Part shown: positions 29,701-42,548 of the stretch, piece by piece
Numbering within the stretch: the first letter of the stretch is position 1
How the letters are laid out: each line of letters starts with the position of its first letter
From: Macrostomum hystrix
Taxonomy: Eukaryota > Animalia > Platyhelminthes
Direction of reading: 5' to 3'
Length of the DNA: 64,000 bases
NCBI GenBank assembly: GCA_950097015.1
Contig: CATNEN010000039.1
Span: 19,468,001 to 19,532,000 of the forward strand
The notes under the pieces: model-generated
Databases searched by the model: none
What the model was told of the DNA's origin: nothing
The model's input: only the letters and a program-made list of their open reading frames with translations
Program-made: the position numbers and the translations under genes

Positions 29701-32700
29701 TGATGAAATTGTTATGCCCAGTGAACAGACTGGCTTAGTTAAGGAGAACTACCTGTGGAAGGTAGCTAATAGCTTTTGCCTTGACTGTATTAAGTGGTCT
29801 ATCCTCCGCAGCAAGTTTTTCAAATCTTTTCAAATCCCCGCAACCTTTTTAATCCTCAGCTAATCCTACGCCGCGGTTTAACAGACCAAGCCAATTTCAT
29901 TCGCGCGCCGGCTGGCCGATTCGATCTGGACCTGTTTAACCTGATCTGGGGACCAACCGTGGCTGCTCTGTCTCACGTGTTTGACAAAACCACTGACGAG
30001 GCCATCGTTGTGCCGAAGGCCATATCGGGTTTTAGAAAGTGCGCCATGATCTCTGCTCATTACGGCTTGACTGACGTCTTCGATAACATCATTATCTCGC
30101 TGTGCAAATTCACTGGATTATTAAGCTCCGCTGAGGTTCGAAAGAATTTTTTACCTTAAATCTGCTACTTATAAAAGCTGGAAAAACTTTGCGAATTAAT
30201 TTTTTCACCCATCTTTTAGAGTCCCGACAACATAGCCGTACACTTTGGCAACAATATCAAGGCCCAATTGGCCGCAAAAACTGTCTGCGGCCTAACGCAT
30301 CGACATGGCGACATATTGCGCGAAGGTTGGAAAAATCTGCTAGACTGTATGCTGCATCTGTACAAAGCCAGGCTGCTGCCAGACTCGCTAGTTGAAGTCA
30401 AAGACTTCATTCATCCATCTGGAAAGATTCGTCTTATTAAAGAGGAGACTACACATAATAATAATAGGTTAGTATTTAAGTTAGCTTCGAAATTAGCTTG
30501 TCTTTTCTTTCATTGTACTCAAAAGCATCAGAGGCTAATATCTTAAAAAGCTTATTGTTTACTTATATAGAAAAAATTTCTTCATTTTCCAAAAAAATAC
30601 TTTGTCATTTTCTAAAAATAGCATAAGGCGTCACTTTCTAAAAATAGAATTTAACGTCAGTTTCTAAAAATAGCATCTGACGTCATTTTCCTACTATAGC
30701 ATCTAACGTCATTTTCTAAAACGCATGAGTCATTCATTAGCATGGCTTGGTTTTCTTAATTAAGTGGCTTAAAATTAAAAAAAACCTACCTGCAGGCAAG
30801 AGACCGGCGTGTTTTCCAGCTTGTACATGTCGCTATTCTCAGACACTAGCAGCTCCAGGGCTGCCCTCTCCGAGGAGCTGGCCTCGCGTCAGCGAGCCAG
30901 CGAATGCATTCGCGAGTGTCAACTAGAGCAGCTGGTTCAGGACACAAAATTTCTGCGCATGGACTCTCTTAGCGAATTAGTAAAGGATCTAATCTTCGCT
31001 GTGCAAGATAACTATCAGTCCAGGGACCTATTGTCGGACGGACACAACTACGCCGTGTTAGACGAAGACGCCTGCGTTTTCTATTTTGAATTGCTGATGC
31101 AAGTCCTGCTGCAGAATCGCGACCGATTGGGACCGCTCTGGTCTTCCGTGCGCAGCTATTTTTACAATGTGCTCATCGGCAGTACCGAGTCCTCTTTTCT
31201 GCTGGAACGTTCGATTGTTGGCCTCATTCGGCTGGGGCACCGACTGCTGCACAGAGAGGACATGTCCGCCCAGGTAGACTGACTTAGAACCTAGCTTTCA
31301 TCCGTAGTTTTTTCTCTGGTCCCCATCCAAATCTCCCTCTCTGATCCCCATCCTAATCTCCCTCTAATCCCCATCCAAATCTCCCTCTCTGATCCCCATC
31401 CAAATCTCCCTCTCATCCCCATCCAAATCTCCCTCTCTGATCCCCATCCAAATATCCCTCTCATCCCCATCCGAATCTCCCTCTCTGATCCCCATCCAAT
31501 TCTCCCTCTCATCCCATCCGAATCTCCCTCTAATCCCCATCCAAATCTCCTTCTCTGATCCCCATCCAAATCTCCCTCTCATCCCATCCAAATCTCCCTC
31601 TCATCCCATCCAAATCTCCCTCTCCGATCCCCATCCAAATATCCCTCTCATCCCATCCAAATCTCCCTCTCATCCCATCCAAATCTCCCTCTCATCCCAT
31701 CCAAATCTCCCTCTCCGATACCCATCCAAATATCCCTCTCATCCCCATCCGAATCTCTCTCTCATCCCCATCCAAATCTCTCTCTCATCCCCATCCAAAT
31801 CTCCCTCTCATCCCATCCAAATCTCCCACTCTGATCCCCATCCAAATCTCCCTCTCATCCCCATCCAAATCTCCCTCTCATCCCCATCCAAATCTCCCTC
31901 TCATCCCCATCCAAATCTCCCTCTCATCCCATCCAAATCTCCCTCTCCGATCCCCATCCAAATCTCCCTCTCCGATCCCCATCCAAATCTCCCTCTCATC
32001 CCATCCAAATCTCCCTCTCCGATACCCATCCAAATATCCCTCTCATCCCCATCCGAATCTCTCTCTCATCCCCATCCAAATCTCTCTCTCATCCCCATCC
32101 AAATCTCCCTCTCATCCCATCCAAATCTCCCACTCTGATCCCCATCCAAATCTCCCTCTCATCCCCATCCAAATCTCCCTCTCATCCCCATCCAAATCTC
32201 CCTCTCATCCCCATCCAAATCTCCCTCTCATCCCATCCAAATCTCCCACTCTGATCCCCATCCAAATCTCCCTCTCATCCCCATCCAAATCTCCCTCTCA
32301 TCCCCATCCAAATCTCCCTCTCATCCCCATCCAAATCTCCCTCTCATCCCATCCAAATCTCCCTCTCCGATCCCCATCCAAATATCCCTCTCTGATCCCC
32401 ATCCGAATCTTGCTCTCTGATCCCCATCCGAATCTCGCTCTCTGATCCCCATCCGAATATCCCTCTCTGATCCCCATCCGAATCTTGCTCTCTGATCCCC
32501 ATCCGAATCTCGCTCTCTGATCCCCATCCGAATATCCCTCTCTTTTCCCCATCCGAATCTTGCTCTCTGATCCCCATCCGAATATCCCTCTCTTTTCCCC
32601 ATCCGAATCTTGCTCTCTGATCCCCATCCGAATCTCCCTCTCTGATCCCCATCCGAATATCCCTCTCTTTTCCCCATCTGAATCTCCCTCTCTGATCCCC

Positions 32701-35700
32701 ATGCGAGTCTCCCTCTCTGATCCCCATCCGAATATCCCTCTCTTTTCCCCATCTGAATCTCCCTCTCTGATCCCCATGCGAGTCTCCCTCTCTGATCCCC
32801 ATCCGAATATCCCTCTCTTTTCCCCATCTAAATCTCTATCTCTGATCCTCATCCTAATTTATCTTTCCGATCCCATCAGAACCTCCCTCCCTGATCTGTG
32901 ACCCCAAGCTTGCCACTCCTCATCACCGCAGGTGTTCAGCTGCCTGCGCCTGTTAATCCTGGCCAAGCCGTCCATTCTGCATTCAGTCTGCCGTCAAGTT
33001 GTCTACGGCCTTCACGACCTCATTAACACCCACGCCCAGTCTGTGCACAGCGAAGCGGATTGGCGAATTTTGTTCGCCCTGCTCGAAGTTTGCGGAGCCG
33101 GCGCTCTGCCCTCCCTGGTCTATAGGGCTGAGGTGGCGTCTAGCCTACCGGAAGGCTACGGGCCTACTGCTCAGCAGCAGCAGCAGCAGCACAGCCAGGT
33201 TGCTGATCAGGCTGGTAAGAAATTATTTAACTACTCATGTATCTGAGATCCTGACCCACTTAACTAGTATCCCGACTCACCCGACTCACTTGGCTAGGAG
33301 TGGGATCATGACCCACTTAATTAGGATCTTCACACACTTGAGTAGGATCTTAACCTACTTGAAAAGGCTTTTGACCCACTTAAGTACGATCGTGACCCAT
33401 TTAAGTAGGATCTTGACCCTTTTAAATCTTGACCCACATGAGTGGGATCTTGACCCGATTGATTAGGATCTTGACCCACATGAGTGGGATCTTGACCCAC
33501 TTGATTAGGATCTTGACCCACTTAAGAATACTCTTGACCCACTCGAGTACGATCGTGACCCACTTGAGTAGGATCTTGACCCACTTGATTAAGATCTTGA
33601 CCCATTTAATTAGGATCTTGAACTATTTAAGTAGGATCTTGACCCATTTAAGTAGGATCTTGACCCATTGGATTTTGATCCACTTAAGTAGGATCTTGAC
33701 CCTCCTAAGGAGGATCTTGATCTACTTAAGTAGGATTTTGACCGACTTGATTAGGATCTTGACCCTCTTGAGTAGGATCTTGACCCATTTAAGTAGGATC
33801 TTGACTCACTTGAACTCTTTAATTAAAGTCTGAGTCGCTTTAATCAGCTACTCTGCCCCTCTCATCTCCGTCGAGACGTGGCCTCAAGCGACGGTCGAGC
33901 TTCGCCCGCATCGGCTGCCGGCGTTGGCGGCCGCGGCTACACCAGCGACTCGGAACTGTACGACGCATCCAAGAGAGGCTCGGGCGTTGGCTCCGGCTCG
34001 ACCGGTGGCGACCGGGACGTACGGATGGATCCGACCACTGGAAGCTGGGTGCTGGTTGACAAAGACATATCCGCCTCGGCCCAGGACGTCTCTGTTGCCG
34101 TTTCGTCTGCAGGCTCGTCGAGTGGTGCAGCGGCTGCTGCAGCGGCTGCCGCCGGCGGTGGCAGCGGCCGCTATGGATATGAAGGACAGCGATCGGAGAG
34201 CAGCCAGTTGGTGCATCAGGTGTGCTAGCTCTGCTTCCATGTCTTTGTTATTGCAGCCTTTTTATTATCCCATTATCACTTATCTCACTAGGCTCGAGGA
34301 AATTAACGTGCCAGGCGTGACATTTCCTAGGAGATTTAACAGGCGTGAGATTTCCTTTGAGATGTGACTGAGTGAGATTTCCTGGGGTATGAGACAGGGG
34401 TGAGATTTCCTGGAGTATGAGACGGGTGAGATTTCCTCGGGTGTGAGACAGGGTGAGATTTCCTGGGGTATGAGACAGGGGTGAGATTTCCTAGGAGATG
34501 TAACAGCGTTGAGATTTCCTTGGGTATGAGACTGAGTGAGATTTCCTGGGGTATGAGACAGGGGTGAGATTTCCTGGAGTATGAGACGGGTGAGATTTCC
34601 TGGGGTATGAGACAGGGGTGAGATTTCCTAGGAGATGTAACAGCGTTGAGATTTCCTTGGGTATGAGACTGAGTGTGATTTCCTGGGGTATGAGACAGGG
34701 GTGAGATTTCCTGGGGTATCAGACTGAGTGAGATTTCCTGGGGTATGAGACAGGGGTGAGATTTCCTCGCGTATGAGACAGGGGTGAGATTTCCTCGGGT
34801 ACGAGACTGAGTGAGATTTCCTGGGGTATGAGACAGGGGTGAGATTTCCTAGGAGATGTAACAGCGTTGAGATTTCCTTGGGTATGAGACTGAGTGAGAT
34901 TTCCTGGGGTATGAGACAGGGGTGAGATTTCCTGGAGTATGAGACGGGTGAGATTTCCTAGGGTATGAGACAGGGGTGAGATTTCCTTAGAGATGTAACT
35001 AGGAAGAGATTTCCTAGATGATGTAACTCGGATGAGATTTCCTAGATGATGTAACTCGGATGAGATTTCCTAGATGATGTAACTCGGATGAGATTTCCTA
35101 GATGATGTAACTCGGATGAGATTTCCTAGATGATGTAACTCGGATGAGATTTCCTTAGAGATTTAACAGTGGTGAGAATTCCTGGGAGATGTACAGGGGT
35201 GAGATTATCGAAATGTTGATATGTTTGGCATTTTCTGAGAGTTTTCAAACAAAACGATTTTCTGGTAGACGAAAGGCATGCGTTTTCCATAGAGATAAGA
35301 AAATAGTGAGATTTTGAGATATCGTGGCATGTCTTGCAGTTAGTGTGTGTGTGTGTGTGTGTGTGTGTACTCAAGGGTGAGTGGAATTATAAAAAGTTTT
35401 ATTATCGGCAAAGCTGAATCAGTATGTTAGCTCACTTTGCTTTCACGACGCCGACATCGCAGGTAATGCAAAACTGCCCGCCGGTCAATCAGTACAGCAT
35501 CGCCCTTCAGGAGGATATGCGGCATCACGACACTAAATCTCTGGTCCGCGCCTGCGAGACCCTCAGCTTTGTGATTCGCGACACCGCCCACGTGACGCCA
35601 GCAAATTTCGAGTCCTGCATTCACGCTCTTCGCGTATTTATTGAGGCCTCGCTTCACGGCGGTAGGAGCCGCAGGCGCAGCTTCCGTTCCCAGCTTCATC

Positions 35701-38700
35701 AGCGAATGCAGGAGCGCCGAATCGCTGCAGCGGCTGCCGCAGCCGCCACCACCGCTAACTCGGCTTCGACGTCGGCCGCTGTCGGCGGCGGCGGCGCCGC
35801 TGGAGGCCTTTCACAGTCAGCTGGCGGCCTGTCTCTGCAACAACAGCAGCAACAGCAGCAGCAGAGGAGGCATCGAGGACAACAGAGGGCGCAGCCGGCA
35901 GTCACCAGTAGTCGACAACGACATCGGGCCGCTGCCGCCGCGGCCGCCGCCGACGATTCGTCCGATCTGTCTGACCTTGGCGATGGCGGCGAAGGTGGTG
36001 GGCACAGCGCCGAGGATACTTATCACGGCGTGTCCGTTCAGGTGAGGCAACAGGTTTTTATTTTTTGTTTTTTTTGCATTTTTTGTTGTCATTAGTAACA
36101 AAAATATGATCGCATTCTAAATATTTATGAAGTACGACCAAATACTTACTATTGTTTTCCCTAGCAACTGAATTTTGGGCATGCTAATTGATAGTATTGT
36201 TTTCATACTAGCAAAAAAACTGTTTCCTGTGCCTTGGCATTTAGATTGTTGTTTTCCCTAGCAACCAAGTTCGTACGATTGCTCCTAGCAATTAAATTCG
36301 TAGAATTCTTCTTAGAAACCAAATTCATGGGTCAGTTTGCCCTAGCAACCAAATTTGTAGAATTGTTCTTCGCAACCAAATACGTGGGTCTGTTTTCCAT
36401 AGCAACCAAATTCATAGTATTGTAGTATGCTTTTACTTTTTTCAACATGTTTTTTTTTTACAAAATTGCCCCTGAACCATACCCTTAAGAGCAAACTTTT
36501 AAATTTTTTCTTTAACCTATTAATCCTAATTTGTTTAACTATCATTGTGGCCTTCTCAGCACTAACCATTCCCTGATTAATTTTCTGCGCACAATTAAAC
36601 ACTTTAATTGCCACTACTCTGCCTTTTGTTGATAACTTTTTTTTCATCAGGATAAACTAAAAAATCTAGCTTTAGAGGTATGTTCTTTTAAAACATTCGC
36701 TAGCTTAATTTTCCCATGTGCAAAACTTGCTGTTTTACTCGGCTTATCAAGCTGATGGTGATGGCATGGTTTCTGGACTTTAAACATTTTAAATCGTGAT
36801 TTTAAGTAACTTTTAAATCCTTTGATCGATTTTTGGAATCATCAGTATCAATTAAAAAAATGACAATAATTTTTAATCTCATTCAAAATAACACAACAAG
36901 GTCTTTTAATATAATGATTACATTTTGTCATTTTCTCAACAAATTTCGCTACTTCAAGTAGCTTAGTATCTAGAAATAATTACACATTGATTTCACTGTG
37001 TAGTGAATACGGGAATACCAATGCTTCTAACAAAATTTTGTCTATTACATGCTTGTTGCTTCCTTACAGATTGTTTGTGTAATGAATGTCTGTAATGAAT
37101 GTCTGTGGTTACCTAATGCATGTCTTTTGTTACCTAAAGGATGTCCGTGATTACCTTAAGTATTTCTGTGGTTACCCAATGGATGCATGTGGTTACCTAA
37201 TTGATGTCTGTGATCACCTAATGGATGTCCGTGATTACCTAATCAATGTCTGTGATTACCTAATTGATGTCTGATTACCTAATGGATGTCTGTGATTACC
37301 TAATGGGTGTCCGTGATTACCTAATCGATGTCTGTGATTACCTAATGTATGTCTGTAGTTACCAAATTAATGTATGTGATCACCTAATGCGCCTTTTTAA
37401 AAGCCTATAGACTGGTATACGAGGGAGTTGTCGTAATAACAAAGGGATAAATTAAATTCAAACAAAAGTTTCTAAGCTTTTTTCAGCAAGTCTTTTGTGT
37501 TTTTAGTCCATAATTTACCTTTTTTATTATTATAAAAGCTAATTAAGTTATTCGGCCCTATATTTTCCTAATCTTCCCAATCCACAGCTTCTGGATCTCA
37601 TGCACACGCTTCACATCCGGGTAGCAACCATCTTTAAAAGTTGGTCGCCGCACGACAAGTCTTCAGATTCCAGCGTTTCTTGCGCCTACCTGTGGGACAC
37701 TTGCTGGTGCCCTCTACTCCAGGGCATGGCTAGGCTTTGCTGCGATAATCGCAAACCTGTTCGAATGCAGGCGCTAACCTATCTGCAGCGTTCTCTGCTG
37801 TTTCATGATCTGCGCAGTCTGACACCCGGCCAGTGGGAGATGTGCTTCAACAAAGTACTGTTCCCACTGTTATCAACCTTGTTAGAGGCGCCAGTTAGCC
37901 CGTCTGATCCAGCTGGCACTGAGGAGACCCGGGTTAGAGCGTCTACTCTGCTCTGCAAAGTGTTTCTGATGCACCTGAGTCCGCTGTTGAATCTGCCTAC
38001 ATTCACTGCTCTTTGGCTGACTATTCTCGACTTTATGGAGAAATATATCAGAGCTGATAAGTCCGAACTGCTGGTGAGCGATTGAGTACTTTCCAATTCA
38101 TTGATCTCAGGTGTAGGGGGTGGGAGCAGTCTATGGCTACATAGTTTCGCCTGAACATGTCAATAGTACATGGCTACACTCTAGTTTATGGATATCATTA
38201 GTGTGCGGGTACTATCTTGTCTTAGGATGTCAGTCAGTAGTCTAAAGCTATGCTATCACCTAAGGATGTCATTGGTATACGGCTACTCCCTCGCCTAAGG
38301 ATGTCATTGGTATACGGCTACTCCCTCGCCTTAGAATATCATTAGCCTACGGCTACTCATTCGCCTTAGAATATCATTAGCCTACGGCTACTCATTCGCC
38401 TTATAAAATCATTAGCCTACGCTACTCCCTTACCTTAGAATATCATTAGCCTACGGCTACTCATTCGCCTTAGAATATCATTAGCCTACGGCTACTCATT
38501 CGCCTTATAAAATCATTAGCCTACGCTACTCCCTTACCTTAGAATATCATTAGCCTACGGCTACTCATTCGCCTTAGAATATCATTAGCCTACGGCTACT
38601 CATTCGCCTTATAAAATCATTAGCCTACGCTACTCCCTTACCTTAGAATATCATTAGCCTACGGCTACTCCCTTACCTTAGAGTATCCTTAGCCTACGGC

Positions 38701-39065
38701 TACTCCCTCGCCCAATGAGTGAGTTTGAGTCTACTGTTTATCCACGAAACCTACCGCAGATCGAAGCCATACCGGAGTCGCTGAAGAATATGCTGCTAGT
38801 GATGGACAATGCTTGCATCCTGCGCCAATCCCGTCTTTGGGATCTCACCTGGCATCGGATCGGGGCCTTCCTGCCCAGCCTAATGGAGGAGCTATTTCCG
38901 CAACCAAAAGAGGCCGCCGTTGATGTTGTTGAGAGTCAACCAAAAACTGCGCCAGACACTCCGGCTGCAACAGTGCCGGAGGCTGAGTCTGCTGTGTCAG
39001 GAAAGCAGGCGCTGACGATACCGCAGCTGGTGCCGCCTGCTGATGAGCCGCCGCAGTCTGCGCCT

Positions 39066-39100
<35 letters not shown>

Positions 39101-39137
39101 GCCAAAGTTCTCAGCTGGCCTTGTTCATCAATTGTGA
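23733..39137 (+). CDS. GBF1: Golgi-specific brefeldin A-resistance Arf guanine nucleotide exchange factor 1, ~2049 aa, 15 exons
   Basis: Exons 23733-23825, 24185-24511, 25288-25821, 25892-26375, 26790-27160, 27940-28752, 29306-29761, 29860-30135, 30220-30467, 30796-31273, 32932-33214, 33876-34219, 35463-36041, 37588-38073, 38760-39137 (6150 nt). DCB domain (IVQGEI, NKFLSY, FHGTDPGSNEAVLARILQVLRTLL), YVNPKGIRFT, HUS box YLNYDCD, Sec7 FRLPGEAPLI and YSVIMLNTDQHN, GYTSDSELY, EAIPESLKNMLLVM. Confidence 0.96.
23858..24064 (+). mobile_element. SINE family B copy with internal deletion (GBF1 intron 1)
   Basis: TAGCATAGTGGTTAGGGCG head, GGGTGTGGCGTC..CTGAACAGCTGTATGCAGCCTTCAGATGCGCCGCGCAATAGCTGC, ATT tail. 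Confidence 0.75.
24564..25190 (+). repeat. 16-bp CT-rich minisatellite (GTGTCTCATCTCTCCC)n
   Basis: GBF1 intron 2. Confidence 0.95.
26390..26770 (+). repeat. 15-16-bp CT-rich minisatellite
   Basis: GBF1 intron 4. Confidence 0.9.
27218..27870 (+). repeat. Irregular CA-rich minisatellite (ATGACTCAAACGACTC..CCAACGACC..AAAAGCCTCACC)
   Basis: GBF1 intron 5. Confidence 0.9.
28852..29230 (+). mobile_element. tRNA-derived SINE family A copy (GBF1 intron 6)
   Basis: GGTGGCAGAGCGGTTAACGCG..AAGTTCGATTCC pol III boxes, conserved body, ATT-repeat tail; four copies in the window. Confidence 0.88.
31321..32880 (+). repeat. 22-26-bp minisatellite (ATCCCCATCCAAATCTCCCTCTC)n
   Basis: GBF1 intron 10. Confidence 0.95.
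33246..33812 (+). repeat. 21-bp minisatellite (GTAGGATCTTGACCCACTTAA)n
   Basis: GBF1 intron 11. Confidence 0.92.
34315..35205 (+). repeat. 26-28-bp minisatellite (GAGATTTCCTGGGGTATGAGACAGGGGT)n, then (GATGAGATTTCCTAGATGATGTAACTCG)n
   Basis: GBF1 intron 12. Confidence 0.92.
37095..37390 (+). repeat. 21-bp degenerate minisatellite (GATTACCTAATGGATGTCTGT)n
   Basis: GBF1 intron 13. Confidence 0.85.
38255..38713 (+). repeat. 34-35-bp minisatellite (CTACGGCTACTCATTCGCCTTAGAATATCATTAGC)n
   Basis: GBF1 intron 14. Confidence 0.92.
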
Positions 39138-39424
39138 ACTATTGAAATTCATGATAAACATTTTATCTATTTGGTGAATAAGTTTGTAACTAACTTGGCC
39201 GATCGATTAACTCGTATTGTCACATTATTTTATGTACCAAATGCTGCTATTCCATTAAATTGTTAATTATTATTTGCCTTAGTCAGCAGTTTAAGAAATA
39301 TGGGTTTTGGGGTCTAACATGGTGTGCTTTTGAAAGCGCGTTTATGCGATTATGTGATTGTAAATATAAAATAACATAAATATGACTCATTTTAAACAAG
39401 TGAATTTTATTTAAAAAAACAATG

Positions 39425-40100
39425 GGTATACCCTCGCCTAAAAGGGTCTACGGCTACACCCACACCTTGGGAAGTCAATAGTCTACGGCTACACCCTCGC
39501 CTAAGGAAGTCGGTAGTCTACGGCTACACCCTCGCCTAAGGAAGTCAGTAGTCTACGGCTACACCCTCACCTAAGGAAGTCGGTAGTCTACGGCTTCACC
39601 CACACCTTGGGAAGTCAATAGTCTACGGCTACACCCTCGCCTAAGGAAGTCAGTAGTCTACGGCTACACCCTCGCCTAAGGAAGTCGGTAGTCTACGGCT
39701 ACACCCTCGCCTAAGGAAGTCAGTAGTCTACGGCTACACCCTCGCCTAAGGAAGTCAGTAGTCTACGGCTACACCCTCACCTAAGGAAGTCGGTAGTCTA
39801 CGGCTTCACCCACACCTTGGGAAGTCAATAGTCTACGGCTACACCCTCGCCTAAGGAAGTCAGTAGTCTACGGCTACACCCTCGCCTAAGGAAGTCGGTA
39901 GTCTACGGCTTCACCCACACCTTGGGAAGTCAATAGTCTATGGCTACACCCTCACCTAAGGAAGTCGGTAGTCTACGGCTTCACCCTCGCCTAAGGAAGT
40001 CGGTAGTCTACGGCTACACCCTCGCCTAAGGAAGTCAGTAGTCTACGGCTACACCCTCGCCTAAGGAAGTCAGTTGTCTACGGTTACACCCTCTCCTAAG
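39425..40100 (+). repeat. 35-bp minisatellite (GTCTACGGCTACACCCTCGCCTAAGGAAGTCAGTA)n
   Basis: Downstream of GBF1; related to the intron 14 array. Confidence 0.95.
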
Positions 40101-40880
40101 TCAGTTTTTACGTTATATAATTCTTGTCGTCTTAAAGTTATTTTTCAATGTGATAATCAGATAATTAGTTTAATGCACAGCTATAATATTACTATGAGTA
40201 GTATTGTAACAAGCGCGCCGCGGTGAAGGAATTATCCGCTTTAAAATCATTGATCATTGGATTTTTGATTGAATTTTTGTCTTCTTTTAAGTAAATAGTC
40301 TATCAAATATATCATTGTTGTAATACGGCGATTCTAAAAAGCTGATAACTATATATTATTCCTTTGTTATTGTGATTCTGTTTAACATCTCCCGTTAATA
40401 CTATTCAGTTTTTTATATTTTCGTTAATACGAATATTTCAGTGTTTCCTTGTGTACTACAATGAGTTACAGTTAGGATTTTTGTGAGTTTGCTGGTGTTA
40501 TCCCAAATTATTTTCCGTATCCAGATTTTTGTGTGTTTAGAATCCCATTTCGTAACTCCCTTAGTGAAATTTTATTCTTTTCATTTTAGTAGATTTTCTT
40601 GATGTTCTGCTTATATACCGAGTGATTTGGGACCGCTTATATAGGAGTATATATACGCATTATTGTGTTATGATCCCATTTCGTATCCCATGTGTGATAC
40701 GAAACACAAAATACTGAAATACGAAATAGAAGAACCTTTCTGTTAAAAGTTTAATTTATTGAATTTAAAGTACTGAGTGTCAATAATAATTTAGTAGTTG
40801 CTCATTCTTTAATGCACTTTCTTGTTTTTGAATCCAATAATATAATATATTGTTCAGTCATATAGGACACCCTGGACCAC

Positions 40881-42410
40881 TATATTACAGTCTCCCAGAT
40901 CCTCATATTACAGTCTCCCAGGTCCCCATATTACAGTCTCCCAGATCCTCATATTACAGATCTCCCAGGTCCCCATATTACAGTCTCCCAGATCCTCATA
41001 TTACAGTCTCCCAGATCCTCATATTACAGTCTCCCAGATCCTCATATTACAGATCTCCCAGGTCCCCATATTACAGTCTCCCAGGTCCTCATATTACAGT
41101 CTCCCAGGTCCTCATATTACAGTCTCCCAGATCCTCATATTACAGATCTCCCAGATCCTCATATTACAGTCTCCCAGATCCCCATATTACAGTCTCCCAG
41201 GTCCTCATATTACAGTCTCCCAGGTCCTCATATTACAGATCTCCCAGGTCCCCATATTACAGTCTCCCAGGTCCTCATATTACAGTCTCCCAGATCCTCA
41301 TATTACAGTCTCCCAGATCCTCATATTACAGTCCCCCAGATCCTCATATTACAGTCTCCCAGATCCTCATATTACAGTCCCCCAGATCCTCATATTACAG
41401 TCTCCAAGATCCCCATATTACAGTCTCCCAGGTTCCCATAATGCAGTCTCCCAGATCCCCATATTACAGTCTCCCAGATCCCAATATTACAGTCTCCCAG
41501 ATCCTCATATTACAGTCTCCCAGATCCTCATATTACAGTCTCCCAGATCCTCATATTACAGTCTCCCAGATCCTTATATTACAGTCTCCCAGATCCTCAT
41601 ATTACAGTCTCCCAGATCCCAATATTACAGATCTCCCAGGTTCCCATATTACAGTCTCCCAGATCCCAATATTACAGTCTCCCAGATCCTCATATTACAG
41701 TCTCCCAGATCCTTATATTACAGTCTCCCAGATCCTCATATTACAGTCTCCCAGATCCTCATATTACAGTCTCCCAGATCCTCATATTACAGTCTCCCAG
41801 ATCCTCATATTACAGTCTCCCAGATCCACATATGACAGTCTCCCAGATCCCCATATTACAGTCCCCCAGATCCTCATATTACAGTCTCCCAGATCCCCAT
41901 ATTACAGATCTTCCAGGCTCCCATATTACAGTCTCCCAGATCCCAATATTACAGTCTCCCAGATCCCAATATTACAGTCTCCCAGATCCTCATATTACAG
42001 TCTCCCAGATCCTTATATTACAGTCTCCCAGATCCTCATATTACAGTCTCCCAGATCCCAATATTACAGTCTCCCAGATCCCAATATTACAGTCTCCCAG
42101 ATCCTCATATTACAGATCTCCCAGGTCCCCATATTACAGTCTCCCAGGTCCTCATATTACAGTCTCCCAGATCCCCATATGAGTCTCTCAAATCCCCATA
42201 TTACAGTCCCCCAGATCCTCATATTACAGTCCCCCAGATCCCCATATTACAGTCTCCTTGATCATCCCCATATTACTGTCTCCTAAATCCCCACATTACA
42301 GTCTCCTAGATCCCCATATTACAGTCTCCTTGATCATCCCCATATTACTGTCTCCTAAATCCGCATATTACAGTCTCCCAGATTTCCATATTACTGTCTC
42401 CTAGATCCCT
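40881..42410 (+). repeat. 23-bp minisatellite (CCCAGATCCTCATATTACAGTCT)n
   Basis: Upstream of cystinosin; explains ORF 40850-42286. Confidence 0.95.
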
Positions 42411-42548
42411 ATAACCCTATAATACACCCTCCCTGATCCCATATTACACCCTACCATATTACACCCTACATTTTCCCGTACTTTTTCTTTCATTTCTACT
42501 CAGTAAGTAGCTAGCTGCGTGCGTTGATCGTAGAATTCGCTTTCACGC

